Positions 37,544 to 52,959 are shown, numbered from the stretch's first letter. The stretch is DNA of 64,000 nt from Balanoglossus misakiensis (GCA_040954595.2 CM082585.2:11015995-11079994), one strand, 5' to 3'. A program made the numbers and translations. Notes: generated by a model from the letters alone, not told the origin.

Positions 37544-40500
37544 TCAATCAGACTTGGCTCCTGCCATCATGATCCGTACAAATTCTGCAAACGGAGAAAG
37601 ACACAACGTCAGTGCAGGAAGGATTGTGAACAATTCGACTACGACTCTCAGCTGGCGGATTACCATCTGAAAAGATTCTAATCGCACTTACGAGGCGTTT
37701 AAACATTCGACGATGACTGATCATGTCTGGAAATGACAGAACACCCCCGTAACAATGTCTTCGATAGATCCTTTGAAGTCCTCTCGGCCAGTGACTACTG
37801 CAAATGTTCTTTGGGTTTGAGACTCGGGAGGTTGAAGGCATTTGTAATGTCACGTGTTACAGCAAATGGCGAAACCATTATTTCCATCATAATTTATTAT
37901 TATCACCCATTAGTGATCACCAATTAATCATTTTAGGATTGCACAGAATAACATTTGAGCTCTGTTCATTGTTCAAAATGGGAGCAGCAAATTTTACTGT
38001 GTACTGTTTCAGCTGAGCGGTCACCTGTGTTAGAGTCCTTTGGCACGCAAATAGTAAAAATTAAAAACAACAGACGACAAGGCTAGACTGTGTGTGGAGC
38101 ATAGTGAAAAACACCCACACGAGTCTGGATTCCGGACTAGGTTTTCCTGTGATATCAGAAAATTGAAAACTTTGAAGAAAACCAAAACCAAAACGCCGAC
38201 ACAGCCTGTACAATGTTGCCAGGTAAAGATTATACAGTGCGTGAACGTCCGGGCCCACAAGGCTTTCTGGTTCACCATGCACCATCTATGCAGTGTGCCT
38301 ATACTCTAAGAGATAATGATGATACGACCCCCCAAGGCGCCGGCAATCCTGCAAGCTGCCAGCTCCGTTTCTCGGGAGGTTTCGTTTTCAATTTGCCACA
38401 TAATTTCATCTATCCAGATATTCACAACGACAGCCCATGAGAGCGAGGCTTTTCAATTTGAGGTACCGAGTAATGAGTAATTTCTGATGACTGCGTGGCA
38501 AGGATCTTGTTTGTATCCTCGACTATACATTAGAGGGTCAGAAAAAACACCCAGGGGGAAACGGGGTAGATCATGTGAACCAGGGCTAAGTAATTTTACA
38601 CGATCTAATTATTGGACGATTCAAACACCTGTCACAATGATTCGTCTTCACCAAACGCCGTGGTTCACCAGAGGAACGCATGAATTCCTTCGCCGAACAT
38701 TTGATTACAAAAACAATCTCACGAGGAACTGTCACGCAACAACTGTCATGCAATAATGAAAAGAATAAAAAAAGGAACCCTGATTTTGGTTCAAATGAGG
38801 GATTTACAAAATTCTACAACAGATCTCCACCCTGTGAAGAAATACGCTTTATTTCAGGTTGTAGAATTCAGCTGTTGGATACAATTAAGGCTGAATATTT
38901 ATCACAGCAAATTCTCTTGTCAGAATCCCGGGGTGAGAGTGATGTGCATTATTTCAAGGCCGTGTTCCAATCACATCATATTTTATATGCTGCATACCTT
39001 CATAATTGATGCGGCCGTCATTGTTCGAATCGGCGTCATGAATCATCTCGTCCACCTCTTCTTCGGCTATCGTCGAGTCCTCCAGGTTTATCATCACGTG
39101 CCGGAGTTCGTCGGCGTTGATGAACCCCGTGCCCTCAAGGTCAAACACGTGAAAAGCCTCCCTCAGTTCCTCTTCCGGGTCAACGCCGCTCATCCGCTTG
39201 GACATGAGAACAAGGAACTCGGAAAAGTCGATGGAAGTGTTGCCTGTTAACAAAAAGCGAGTGTAAACGTTCGTAGCTAAAGGGGTGATCTTGCTTTTGG
39301 CAGAAATTCTGTTTAAAATTTGATGTACCCTGTAAACAGCTTCGAGACTACTTCCATTGAAGAGCTTTTATGTGCAGTCTGACTTGGCCCACTTATACTA
39401 GCTTTACCTATAGAAGTAGGTGGTACACACCAAGTACCCCCTGCCCCTGGGAAGCATTCACTATTCGGTTTCTAACAGCACAAATGTATGCTCATATCCC
39501 CCAATTTAACAGTGCTGGTATATAGGCTGCACTGTCAAATAGACATGGTGTCTCAAAGAAGAACAGGGTGTATGCAAACATATAATTTTATTGCAACATG
39601 ACCCTTCTCTACTTGTATACATACGTTGCCTTGGCCCTCGGCAACAAATACATACATGTAATAAATCGACGAGATTGTGATGAAATTAATTTTTGTGAGA
39701 ATGTAAACTTAAACAGCTATTTTTATTTACATCACTTTCACAGGAGGTACATCCGCTGTTTATAAAAAGTAAGGCGGCCAAAGCGCAAATCCGAAGATTC
39801 GTGACCACCCCCCCCCCCCCCCCGGACCAGGTTTTGATGAAAGTAAGGTAAGCATTGATTAAGTTCTTATTTTATGATGTGTGTAGTTTGAGGGGTATAT
39901 GTGATGAATGCATATTTCACAGTCTGTTTAGTAGTGTCTAACGAGTTCAATACATCAGAACTATCTGGACACGATGATACATACTCGACGTAGGGACGTG
40001 GTCATTTGCATCAACATGATACAATGTTGCAATGAATTGGCGAAAGTTGTATGTATTTTGCTACATATGCAGTGAAAATATTCTGCAAGCTGCGACAATG
40101 TTGGCTGCGTGTATCATTACATTCGATGGTTTAGATGAACACAGAATCAATTTCAAGATAAAAAATAAAAAGAATGACCGCGATAAACACTTCGCATCAA
40201 GAAAAGGAGAACTTCACTGAGAGTGTAATTGCCGAGTAGGATTTTAAAACAATGACAGTCTATAAATTGTTGTTTCACGCCGAATGAACGGGAAACTGGA
40301 AAGTATCCGCCGTCCTTGATAGAATTGAATCTAAAAATACCCCCAAACGATGATGTATATGTGATAGCTGGTTTTTACTGGGCAGCATAAACAAAACAAT
40401 CAGAGTAATATAGTTAAGTGGAGTCACATATGGCTTCTCAATCATTCATATGTTAATGTAAAATATAGATAAATGTAAACTCAACAAAATTGGTTGAATT

Positions 40501-43500
40501 ACTCCGTCGTACCTTCCCTGTTGCACGAAGTGTCAGCGTAATTTTATAGCAAGGGTAATAAATTTGACAGCTTCGAACTTTCGAATTTGACCCTCTGTGA
40601 AAGTACAGCTGTAATTTACCTACTTAAGATGCTGGGGGATATACATGTTTTTGTCGCACGGGGCTGCTTCACCAGCACAGGGAACAAAGTGTGCAATTTG
40701 AACTAAATGGTAATAACTATGTGACTACAATTAAATACGTGGGTGCATTAAACTTGATATCTGATATAAAAGCTTTCACTAATTAGACAATTCCCGAATA
40801 AATGTAATTCGCAGTTTGAAATATTGACGCCCGCCGACTCAGATTAAAGATTGTCTTCTTGTTGAATAAAAGTAGTACAGTCACATGTACTTGACATAAA
40901 AATTTGATTACTATTGTAGGTATAAAGCTCTGTTTAAAAATATATTCGGAAGTTCCTTAATGGTTCTATTCATTTTCGTGGACGATTTTATGATACCTGT
41001 CAAAGTTTGTAGCTATTTTAATATGATCTTTAGAGTGATGGGGCTTGGTTTATGAGAAGAACACTTTCCCCTTTCCATTAAAAGTGACGGGTCGTAAAAT
41101 TGATACCAATATGGCGTCTAATAAAGCGCCCTCACCGTCCGCATCAACTTCGTTGATGATGTCTTGAAGCTCGGATTCCGTCGGGTTTTGACCGAGTGAC
41201 CTCATGACGGTTCCCAACTCCTTCGTTGTAATACATCCATCTCCATTTTTGTCGAAAAGGGAAAAGGCATCTTTAAAGTCTGAAGTGGAAAAAAGCAACA
41301 CTGTGAGAGATATGTCATTACAATATCTGCGAATTGTCTATAATGATTTCGATAAAGCACAAACTGGACTTCAAGGTTTGTTAATATCGACACAAAAGCA
41401 TTAACTTTATATTCTTTAATCGATTGACATCCTGTACATTTAAGTAATCGCTTGTTGTCGCTCGTTGAAGCGAGAGTGTGATGTAGAAACGCTGGTTTAT
41501 CACCGACCTTGAGTACGAATCATTTTACGAAAATCACGAATACTTGATAGATAGCAAAGCGACGGTCAAGGGGACCAGAGCAAAAAAAAACACAAAACAT
41601 GACAAATACAAGTTTATTGACTACCTTATATTCGGTTTACAAACTCGGGTAATTTTGTTAGTTATTCCGGCCACCAGACAGTGTGAAAGCCCAACAAATA
41701 TACTTCCACTCTGTCCATTATTTTAAACAATCAATTACAAATTGAGTTCACCCAGTCTGTTTCATGGGCTGTTGGTCGTCATGGAGAAGGCCCCACTGAG
41801 ATGGGTGAAGTATTAATCCGCAAGACGAAACGCCCATTAGGCTCATAATTTTAACGACGTTAACCTGATTGATGACAATGTCAGATAGTTTATCACAATA
41901 TTATTAGGGTGAGAGTATTTCAGAATTTAGAAAAAAAGCATGAAATCTAGATCTGTACAAGCTGTTGATGAATTATCACGATCACACCCTAAAATAGCGC
42001 TATTAATAATATCGTTCGAGGCGTTCGCCGAACATGACTTTAAGTTAAGGTCACAATTTAGCATTTGATCAGAACAATCGCAACCGAGATTGACATATGT
42101 CGTAAATCTAGATGATTTTTTTCTTATGTTTTTTAAGGTCGAAGGTCGAGGGAAGAATGTGTACTCCTGTATATGATCGTACGAAATTAAATAGTCCAGA
42201 CAAAGGCAAACAGTAAAACCATATTCACATTAAACAGCACATCACATCATGTTTTCTGTTTTAAAATTGAAAATAGAATAATATGCTCCTTAAACAAACA
42301 TTCATTTGCTTTTACTCACTTTGTGTAATGATATGGAGATCAGCCAAGTGAAAACTTGAAATCTGAGAACACTTAACACGATTAAAACTATTTTGAGATG
42401 ATTGGATTTTGTTGAAATGTGCTCAGAATCTCTAAACTTATGCACATCTGTTTCATTCATTTAGTAGTTTCTTACATCATGCCTTTCAAGACGATGCAAC
42501 AAGTCTCAGTGTTCCATTATACATGTAGATGGCATCATTGAAGGTCGTTTAACTTCAAGACTTAATGAATCAAATGTTGACATATAGCGATAGGAGTCGC
42601 CATTTTGCTTAATTGACTCGTTGGAATTGCCATGGACACATTTTAATTTCGTGTTAATTGAGTTGACTCTAATATATTTCCTACGCTAATATTCATCGCT
42701 GATCATTCGTGTCAAGCGTATAAATTGCTCCATTATCTCTGACAATCAATACACCTCGCCTTTCACATAAAACGTCTTTAAAAAAAAAACGGGACGTTTT
42801 GAATTCATTTTTGTGTGCCAAAGAAAATGCATGTTCAGAACTCTGTGGACGGTTTTGTACAGAATTTGAAAGGCGAAATTACTGTTTCTTTCTTCCCTGC
42901 TTCCTCTTCCAAACCGAGTTTTCAATCGAACTATGAGGCATTAAGAACGCTTTTAAAATAGAAGACAGGAACAAAACAGAGAATATGAACACAGGAAGAT
43001 ATTTGACGATGTTAGTTTCTACCGTTCAGTTGTCGTTGATATTTCTGAAAGAGACAAATTTTGGCTCCTTCATTTTTACATAAAATGGGTGCATAATTTT
43101 CTTCTTTTGCCATGTTTTAACAACGTTTACACTTATAATACGTGAGGGCATAAACACTAAATGCAGCTGTTTCCGTGACATTGGTCTGTTTACCATGGTT
43201 ACCAGGTATGGTGACGGATGATTTATATACAGTTTGACTTGAAACAGATTGTTGATTGAATGGCATTTCTAGGTAATAAGTTCATCGTTTGCGCACACAT
43301 GCGAACATGCGAATTTGGTCACAGATTTTCACTTGGCTGGCCACGCGAAAAACGCGTGTAAGCACATGGTCATAAAAAGACTTACACACGCATTTTAACC
43401 ATATATGGTTATATGTAAATTAGACGTGAATGTATTCCTTGGCTTGTTGCCAGTTGGCCGTATGAGCAACACGTTGAATTAATATAACTCGGCGATATTT

Positions 43501-44879
43501 GTATTACTCGTAGATCAACGCCAGCTGGTAAGGTTTGTCTTGCTCGCCACCAGATGGGGCGAACAGATCGATCAAATAATTATAATAGAAATTTCAACTT
43601 GTTTTCCAAATTCAAACAACATATTGAATAATAACATGCGAGAAGGCCACCGTGTACAACCAAACCTGGAGAAGGTGCCTCAATTTTTAAAGTGAAACAA
43701 TAGTCAATTTGATCGCGATATTCCACGTGCAGCAACACTGCCGTCTCATATTGCTAAAGGCCGGTCTAGGCCTGACTGAAACACAATACGAGTTGAAAAC
43801 TCTCCAAACGTCACGTGCACCTTAGCAGTCGTTTCTAACGTTTCAACAACCAAGGATCACACCGACTGACATCGAAACGCATCCAGGAGCTAACGCACAC
43901 ATCGCTCCAAAGCTAGCTCCCATCATTTTCTCATCATAAAGCTTATTTAGCACGACGAACCCTTGTCATAAATTATTCACCGGATTCACATTTTTCTAAT
44001 TAACTTCATCGCCGTGCTCAATTTCTGGCCCAGCAAGTGTAATGTCGCGAGTTAATAAAAACAAATCTACTGCGCGAAGTAGGGTCTGCTCAAATGACAT
44101 TCAATATCACAAACCATTACAGTACTTCTATGAGAGATTTATTGGCGACAAATGTTTCTTTGGTCTCCTTTATAATATCGAATTATGACCTATCATAATG
44201 CCTACATATTTTTTTTGTTTTATTATCGCTATGCCAACCATTTTCCCCTACACGTGACCGGTGATATATATTCTTTCAATGTTTAATGCTAGCTACCTAT
44301 GATTTAACAGCATTCCCTGTTTATGTGTTATTTCAGAGTACTTCTTTATTAAAACCGACACGTTCCACATCAACTTTAAAATCAAATATTTAATCACTTA
44401 GAAATTTACATAATATGTCATGTTCGCATTTCAACTGTCATGCTCGCTGCACAACGCGCACGCGTACCCCTCTTCTTCTTGCTGATCACGTTCAAATTAG
44501 TTTGCCTTTGAAGCAACTGTTTTTGAGGTTGACGTCAGTACGTCTGCGCTGAGTTTTACAACGTCTGAATAACGGTAAAATGGCCCCGGCCCTTATGATA
44601 TAAGATGATCGGATTTCCTCGTTAATATTTAAGGATTTCTGTCCTTCAGCAAAGGTACTGATTTGTCGTTTCCTGTCAAAGGCGGACGCAATTATATAAA
44701 ATTTTCCAAACATCTGCATGTGAACAATAGGCCCTCCTTTATTAATATTCTGGAATATATCGTAGGATATTTAGGATATGTACGATCCGGTATGATCTGT
44801 AGTGTCTGCATATTTCAGTCATTGTGACGACCACTATCATCACCGTCTTTGTCTTCGTTCTCGATTTTGTCGTCGTCGA

Positions 44880-44928
<49 letters not shown>

Positions 44929-47900
44929 TTGTCATCATCATTGCCAGCATCAACACCACATTCATTCATTCATTCATTCATTCATTCATTCATTCATTCA
45001 TTCATTCATTCATTCATTCATTCATTCATTCATCCATTCATTCTTCATTCATTCATTCATTCAAAAAGACAAGGTGTGTTACAACACTCCTCTATGATCA
45101 CCATGAGCGGAATCTGATAAGAAGCTGAAAGTTGATGCATGTGCGAATTGCAGTTTCCTCAATTTACCAACAAATTATTAATGGGCTTTAGGAGCCCTAG
45201 CCCGAAGTCATATGCGGAGAAACCTCATTTCTTTAATGTTCGTTATTGGGTACTAGGCGTAACTGCCTACTCAGTGTTGGCTTGCCAAATGAGAAAATGG
45301 AAAATAGGCGACTGTCAAGTTCTCGCGGGCTTCAGTTTCGCATTTTATGAAAAAGAGGCTCTTCATAGTAAGAGAGAGAGTAAATCGAATTATCTGTTGA
45401 AAGCTTTTATCCCGGGAAAGCTTCCTGAAAAACATGTGCCTCGTGGATTTCGTTTCATTGACGGACGGTGGGGGAGTCCGCTCCTCTCGTATCAGGACTT
45501 ATTTAGGGATCACTTAGGATCATTGTTCAATTTTCTGGGTATAATCGAGTTTTTACGAGCCATGTTTTCATTTTTCCCGCGGAGACCGTAAATTTTACTT
45601 AAGTCCTGCTAATGGCGTTGTTATGCAATTTGGCCGATTTCATGCTCCTAGCAATAACGTTTGCTGTAGTATTTATGCGTACAGAACAAGGGAAACAAAT
45701 GGTAAAGTAAAATATGTTATTCCTAACAATAGGCTAGTTATACTAGTTACATAAAGCAAAACAAATTGTCTCTTCTAATAATTGCGATGACCCTACTCAA
45801 AATTGACAAATGGCGTCTACTGTAGTATTAACGTGACCTTATCATTTTTACAAAAGTTTTATTGAAGGTATAATCGAGACAGCCGCTGGTAAATTTGTGT
45901 CTGCGAAATCACATTAAACACTTCTTTACGGAGAGTCGGAGAGCTTGCCCAGAAGTGAGTTGTAGCTCTACCACTTGATCCTCACGCACCAAAATTCTTA
46001 CGCCACAAAATGTCGCTTTTAAAATACTATAACATTTAAATTTACTTTAAAACAACCCTCCGTAAAATAAATCAACTTTACTTTTTTCGTGGGTGATTAT
46101 TTCAAATTGCTCGACTGGTGTTTTGGGAGGGGTAGTGGATAGTACAGAATGCATTCTCTAACAACAGAAAAATAATCTTGTTTTCGAATAAACGTTGAGG
46201 TCCTACTGTGTAATCGAATAGTAGACAGATTTAATTTGAGCATATTTAATCATTGTGAGCCCCCCAAAGCCATCACATTGACAAATAGGTCACCCGTAAA
46301 ATTCATCTCGCTGTTTCAATCGTCAAACATCAAAAGACGGCAATGCAGTGCAACGCAGAGCATGGCAAGGAAATGGATTTCGGCGCATTTCACGGCACGG
46401 TCACGCTGATTTGATTTCCCAGCCACGGAGAATGGAATGATTTCCGTTGTTGTTGCAAGCCTGTATGGACAGGAAGCGTAGCGGATTCCCCCGTCACATG
46501 CTAAAGGCACTCAGAGAGATAACTATATCACGCAATCGGTTTCGCCCGTCGCTTTTGTATTGGCATTAGGTGGAACGTTTTAAACAGTGTCAATATATCT
46601 ATTTTTCTGTTTATCAACACAAGTTTCTTGTATGAAATTGTCCTGAGGTATGCCCCTCCCATTTAACAAGTTGAAATAATAGATTTACATTTTATGCAAC
46701 CCTGCGTGACAAATTGACAAGCTGTTGCACCGTAACTAAAATTACATTATTGTATTATCTGATGAATAACTACCAGATGCGACTGATTATAGGACGAAAC
46801 AAATTTAGCCTATCGTAGGCACAATTTACCACTAAACATAACAGTAATACGGAGAGAGCGAATAAAAAGAAAAAGAGATGAATATTAAAATACCATATAG
46901 CTGTTTTTGTCAAACAGTTTTCGTATTTGAATATGGAGAAGATTATACAAAGCTATACAATGTATTTATAGAAACCCTTTTATCAACTTTTAAAGCTGTT
47001 GGTCATGCGTAACTCTATCTTCCTCAACTACAAATGAGGTATCACATTCTGCAAAATATACTCTGTTTATTTGCAATGGCAACACCCGTGATAAAGAACA
47101 TATTTCACAGGGTTTAACCTAATATCATAGTCGTCAATCAGTATTACATCTTATTTTATTTCCCTGGCTGACTCGCGCCTTGGAATGACATCTCTGTACG
47201 AGTCCGTCGGCACATTTAGTCTCAAGGGCAGACAGAGCATGTAAAACAGTGCCGACGCTATTGCAATACTGAAAACGTGGGTTTATGTGTGATCAGAGAC
47301 TGCCGGTAGGAAATGCTGACATATATCTTACATTTTCGGAATGTGTCACATTTGCACGATACATATCATGAAAGAGCCTGCCCACTTTTTTCATGTGTAA
47401 ATGTCATATGGGCAAATCTGCTTTTGAGCCTTTGGCTTACTTTAAATATTATGGTAACTTCCTCCAAGGTCACCGCGGTTTGCCAGAAGGTGTGTCCTGT
47501 CGATATCGTTCAATCGGCCATTTTGAATTTACATTGAGGTCATGACGCAGTCGCAATGCATGCATAACCATGGATGTGTAAAAAGACACGCACACGCACA
47601 CACACACCCACACATTCCTACCTACCTATACCTACTATACCTAAATATCCCTATTTATAGTTAGTATTCAAGTAATATTGGATGTCATAATCGTTTCCAC
47701 ACATTTGATATACAAAAATTGTCAGTGTTTACTCTTATTATTCCCAAAGAGAATGGCGTCAGCTGACTACGGCAAATGTACAGGGTAGTCCAAACACAAA
47801 CTGAGTCTGAGAAGACGCTGAAATTTGAACCCTCGATTCTCACACGATTATCGGGAAAAACGAGTTAATGTCTGCCTTTCGTGTACGTGCAATCGTCAAT

Positions 47901-49360
47901 TGCTTGTGCAGAGAGCGACAATAATTGAAGTCTCGTTGTCTCTGAAGAGGTTCTCGAAGATTTGACAAGATTTATTTTCATGTCGTATTTTCGTCGTCGA
48001 TTAGACCAATTATCAAGACGTGAACTCTTCGGCTTTTTTATGATTTTTTCCTTGGGCTTAGAATATTTAAAATGTTATTCTCGATACACGATAATGTGGT
48101 GGTAATAAATTGTCGCTGCACTCACCAGCAATCTGTTCCTCGGTCAGCTTCGACGTTTGTGACTCGGTCTAGGTTTCCATGGGGACAGAAAAGAAGAAAC
48201 GTTAATCAAGGCGGTGTTATCTTGTAAAATTGGCATTATACACATCATTTATTGTACCGCTTTATTTGACTTCCAAAATATAACTCAGCTCATGATAACG
48301 AAATGAAGAAAAGTGGGTGTGAATATAAACAAATTCCAAGGAAAGATTTATGATTATGATGATGCCCGTTCATATTTGATATGCCAAATTGCTCTAGATA
48401 ATTTCTATGTGCCGGACTTTTCATAAATTATATCTTTTATTTGTTTCATGTCGTTAACGCCACAAAATATATCTGTCACGGGGAGATTGCCTGCGCTGCT
48501 CATGATTGCTAACGATGCGTCTGTATCAGATCAATATTCCACGTGCAAAGTGCTTGTTAAGTTCTCTGCTCAAAGGACACAAAACCCGATTATAGCTTTG
48601 ATCCATTCATACACTGTGTCTCTCCTCTTTCTGACGCCTTTGTTGAATTGCTTGCACAAGGCATCTTGCGATTAGTTGGCTATGTGGGACCTGTTACATG
48701 CTAAACATGGATAGCAGTTGACACGGGCTAGTATCAGAGTCCTGCCCATCTGCAGATGGAGCTGATATCGCCTACAGCAATATCGGCTGTGCGCAAGACA
48801 AGAGCAGTGAGAGATAATACAGGGAATATCAAATATCACATTGCTAGTAATAGCGCCATGTACCGATCGAGCAGAACGTCTCCTAGTGCATACTCAACGC
48901 AAAAACACTACGGTGCGCCATCGTCACATCATGCGACCCTTTCCTCTGGAGAAAGGTTTCCTTCACCGTTAAATGGATAATGGTTCCCCGGTCCCATTTC
49001 TTTGCGCACACCTGAGCTTTCGGTGATGACTTCGCATATCACATATACTAAGAAATACGGCAGCGGTCAAAATAACTAAAATATATTAGTGTCAAAGCAA
49101 CTCAGTTGGAAAGATGGAGATGACTGAGCACATAATTCGGCCTTATCAACTGCGACCGACAACAGGTGGTAAATAAGGCTAATGCTTTCCAGAGCTAACC
49201 AGGGCGAACATTTTCCTGTGTGTGGCAGAGAGAGAGAGAAAGAGACATAGAGAGACAAATAAGCGAAGACGACTAACTGACTCACCATTACTTCGTCCTC
49301 CAGGATGATCTCTACTGAGTCTTCCACCGACTGCTCCCGTTGGCTACTGTTGACGTTCAT
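37544..49360 (-). CDS. Calmodulin-like protein C (N-lobe close to calmodulin, C-lobe diverged)
   Basis: Exons 49360(or ATG 49288)-49286 ending ATG|gtgag, 48168-48126 ([14 protein letters not shown]), 41279-41136 (144 bp, [48 protein letters not shown]), 39243-38998, 37584-37544 ([13 protein letters not shown]). Too diverged to be canonical CALM. Confidence 0.88.
44879..45062. repeat. Compound microsatellite, (ATC)n then (ATTC)n
   Basis: (ATC)n at about 44879-44928 and (ATTC)n at about 44960-45062. Explains the poly-M/H/I/S and SFIH ORFs in the track. Confidence 0.95.
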
Positions 49361-50450
49361 TCAACGAACACAGGCGAGCGTGTAAATTGACATACGATTA
49401 GGACAGCATCACATCAAATTAGTCAGGGAGCGAGTAATTGCTCGTACCCGGATATTCAATTCGTTGTGACGACACAGGACCGACTGAGTATATTGTGTAG
49501 TGGTTCTGTTATTTTTGCGCTACACAGCAGGCGAGTGCATGTGACTGCCGTATAGATGTTCACCAATATATCACGTTGCTAATGGGAAGACTGGAACTGC
49601 TAAGAACGGCGGCGTCAATTCGCGACTTTCAGCCCGCCTCGGAGCGACCGTACGCGGGTATCTCGGAACGACACAAACGTCAGCGGGCAATCGTAGGATT
49701 GTGTTTCCGGGTCCGGCAGCCACACCCGCACCTCTCGTCGGCGATTGTAAAGTCTGACTGGGCGAGATCAGGCAACCTGTTGTATCGCTTTCCCATGCAT
49801 ACATATGCCACTGACTCAGTCCTTGCATTCTTAATGAGGGAGACCTGATAGAATTCTCAAGATCTTCACAGACGAAATGTCCCATGGGAAATATGCACGA
49901 GGCAGGCTAGCCATAAGAGAATATGAGCTACTTATTAAGCTTATACCCCATTAGGATAATATTGCACGGGATATTTTATTACATTCAGTTCGCTTCAAGA
50001 AATAAGATTCATTTTTATCAAAAAGTAATATATTTCGGGTACTAGTAGATTAAAATGTTTGACATTATCAAAAATAAATTATAACGCGATAAATGAAACG
50101 TGAAATATATTATACATGCATAACAACGTGGAAATTGATATCTGACGATATCTCAGAGCCTGTTGTATTACAATCACGTAAGCAATATTTGAACAATAGG
50201 AAAATAATGTTACATCCCGTCAGATATACTTGTGACACACATGAAAAATAATACACCACGTTACGTCATAAAAAAGTTTCAACATCCTGAGCATAAAAAT
50301 TTTGATAAGTAATGATAAATATATATCAGCTAATTTATGAAAATGCGACCATTTATCATGCAATGAAACATTTCCTAACCTTCAGTGTGTCACGTGACAT
50401 CACATAATGTAACTTAAAATATCATATTACACCAAGTTGTATCTTATAAC

Positions 50451-50541
50451 CATCGGTACCGTATTGTATCGCGATCTACAATGTACCGTAATGTACCGTA
50501 TAGTATCGTACATCACATCACATCACATCACATCATATCAT
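50451..50541. repeat. Degenerate pentamer tandem array
   Basis: gtacc/gtatt/gtatc units grading into (CACAT)n. Confidence 0.65.
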
Positions 50542-52959
50542 AATCTCAACCTTCATATCGACATCCTACTGTCAAAATAAACATAGTTGAAACATGTACC
50601 TGCTCATTCGTTAAAATATCATCTGAATTCGGTTTGCATTTTAACACAGGTGAGGGTGCCCTCATAATGTAGCATTTTCGTGGTTTGTTTAAAAAACAGT
50701 ATCTTTTAATAGATCTGCAAACAGAAAGTGGTAAATCTCACGTGACGCAATCCTTCCGCAAACCGTTTCATCAGAAACAGCATACTATTAAACTTGCCTC
50801 ATCAGCAAATCTCAGTGCATCATGGGACCATCGCCTCTAGGGATTAGGTAACGGCATTGTGACAGTGTGACCGCTTTTCAGACTTAGATAGTATTAAACC
50901 TGCAATAGTAAATAAAGACAACGCCGTAAAATATAATTAGGGCTACATTTCATGACGCCCAACATGGGATCTTTAATTGTATGCGCGCACCAGTTGGTCA
51001 TGACATAATCACAAGCTGTTCTCTCAGTGGGAAATGAATTTTGCATATATTTATTCTTTCCGTGTTTTTTTTTAATATTTCACGCTGCTTATAACCATCC
51101 AACCGCCTGTATGCCGTGTTGTCTTGCGATGTACATGTATATTACAAACGATCAGTTCATGTTAGACTGTTTGGCATGTAAGATTACTCGGTAATGATTT
51201 AAAACGTCCTTAAAGGTCATAAATGTAGGATCTGGATACGAACATTTGTTGCGTTTTACAAACCAACTTTGTCGTCCGGCTCAGCCACACGGCGTGTTGG
51301 GCCATGTTTTCATGCCGCGAGTCAACATTCTACATTATTTATTGAGAACACCTGGTGTTTTACCAGTGCGATAGATGTGCTATATCGCTCAACGCACCAT
51401 GGTAAATAAAATAGCTCGTTCGCAAAACGTATGGTTTGCTCGTTTTCGACGTTATATTTTTAGGTGTGGCCATATATTTTGAGAATTTTGATATAGAAAA
51501 TGTTCGCTATAAAGAAATATCTGCTGGCAGAGCGGGTCGACAGACCAGCAATATTAGATTACCACATCAAATCATGGATTTTCGAACTTAAGAACTCGAA
51601 CGATAATTTGTAGTAAACACAAATATCCTAACATATTTGTGGACTATGTATCTCCGTTTGACATCAAAAATGAAGGAGTAAACATTAAGAATTTTTTCAT
51701 ATCCCGTGAGGGCTCTCACAAATAGAAATGTTGATATATTCCGTAAAGGCTCTCACAGTCAAATAATTTCACGTCTGTGTTTCCGCAATTATGTGAATCT
51801 CAGTCAGAGATATCAAAGGCAAATCTTGATAAGAATCTGTCACATTTATTAAAGCTTGGTCCCCTTATCAAGCTTATCGGGTACCGTTTTATTGTAACGA
51901 TCATTCAAAGCTGTACTATAACTATCTCGATTCGATTGCAAGTTACAGAGTTGAGATCGGGAACAGAAATGCCTTGTGATGGATTTCTAACTTGTCATTT
52001 ATACATACCGCGAAAAGCTCACAGTCCAAATATTTCGCGCGGTGAATAATTAAAAATTATAACCCGGTAACAAATGTTGTTATTTTTGGCGTCCTTATGT
52101 TATGTTGCTCTATAACAAGCATTGCATTAATTTTTTGACTGTCGTAGTTGATCAGCGTGAATGGAACTAATGTGGTCAGTTGTTATTTGGTCACAGAGGG
52201 CGTTTTTAGAACAATAGTCGGTTTCGAATATAAGGCGGAATTTGATCAAAGAAGTTGCTATAGGTCATGTCGTTGGGTGGGAAATAACGGCACACCTTAA
52301 GTTTGCTATCACGGGGTAAACACTGGTGGTCCAACTACGCGAGTACCTATTGTTACGACTGAAAACAACCTGAACACTAATGATATCGTGTATATGTGAA
52401 ATAGTGGCTAGGTAAATGAGCCTGGTTGGAATATCAATTCAATCTTATCAAATAATATGCTGGAAATGAGCAAGTCTCGACACGTCACAACCCTAAAAGA
52501 TGCGATAGAGCTGATGAGAGAGGGCAAGGGACGTGTTATGCCGTGATCTCTCAGTAACGAGTCGAATTCAAACCGATCCATGTAGGGTGTATTGCTTCCG
52601 CGCCAACGGAGTGCAAAATTGAAAACATCCAAAATGGACGGCGTTTTTTTATTTCCTTCTCCAGCGTCCTCATCATCCCCTCATCGACCAACCATGCGAA
52701 ATTAATCCCGCGAGCCGATTGGTTTTTGACAGGTTTCCGAGATGTCATTGAGTTCAGGGGATGCATTTGCAAGATTGCTTCATATATCATACATTCCCAA
52801 TTCCAGAAACAAATCTCGGGCTTTTCCTTTATCTCGCAAATAAAAGACGTGATCGTTCACCTCGCCACACACTTCTATCGCCGAATGGCCCATACAAAGC
52901 AGCCATCGCTTCAATCATTCATGCAGAGTTGCAAATATTTTACACATTAGCAAGAAAAT

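Noticed and set aside
38791-38813. Alternative last exon EFCKSLI* for calmodulin-like C
   Set aside because: Weak acceptor and AG-AATT is a common word; the 37584 exon has a better acceptor and sequence match.
44742-45128. Poly-Met/His/Ile/Ser and SFIH-repeat ORFs
   Set aside because: Translations of (ATC)n and (ATTC)n microsatellites.
45139-45591. 150-aa + strand ORF in a calmodulin-like C intron
   Set aside because: No recognisable motif or splice context; likely chance.
37544-49360. Calling gene C canonical calmodulin (CALM)
   Set aside because: The C-lobe and N-terminus carry many substitutions and an insertion, whereas true metazoan calmodulin is nearly invariant.
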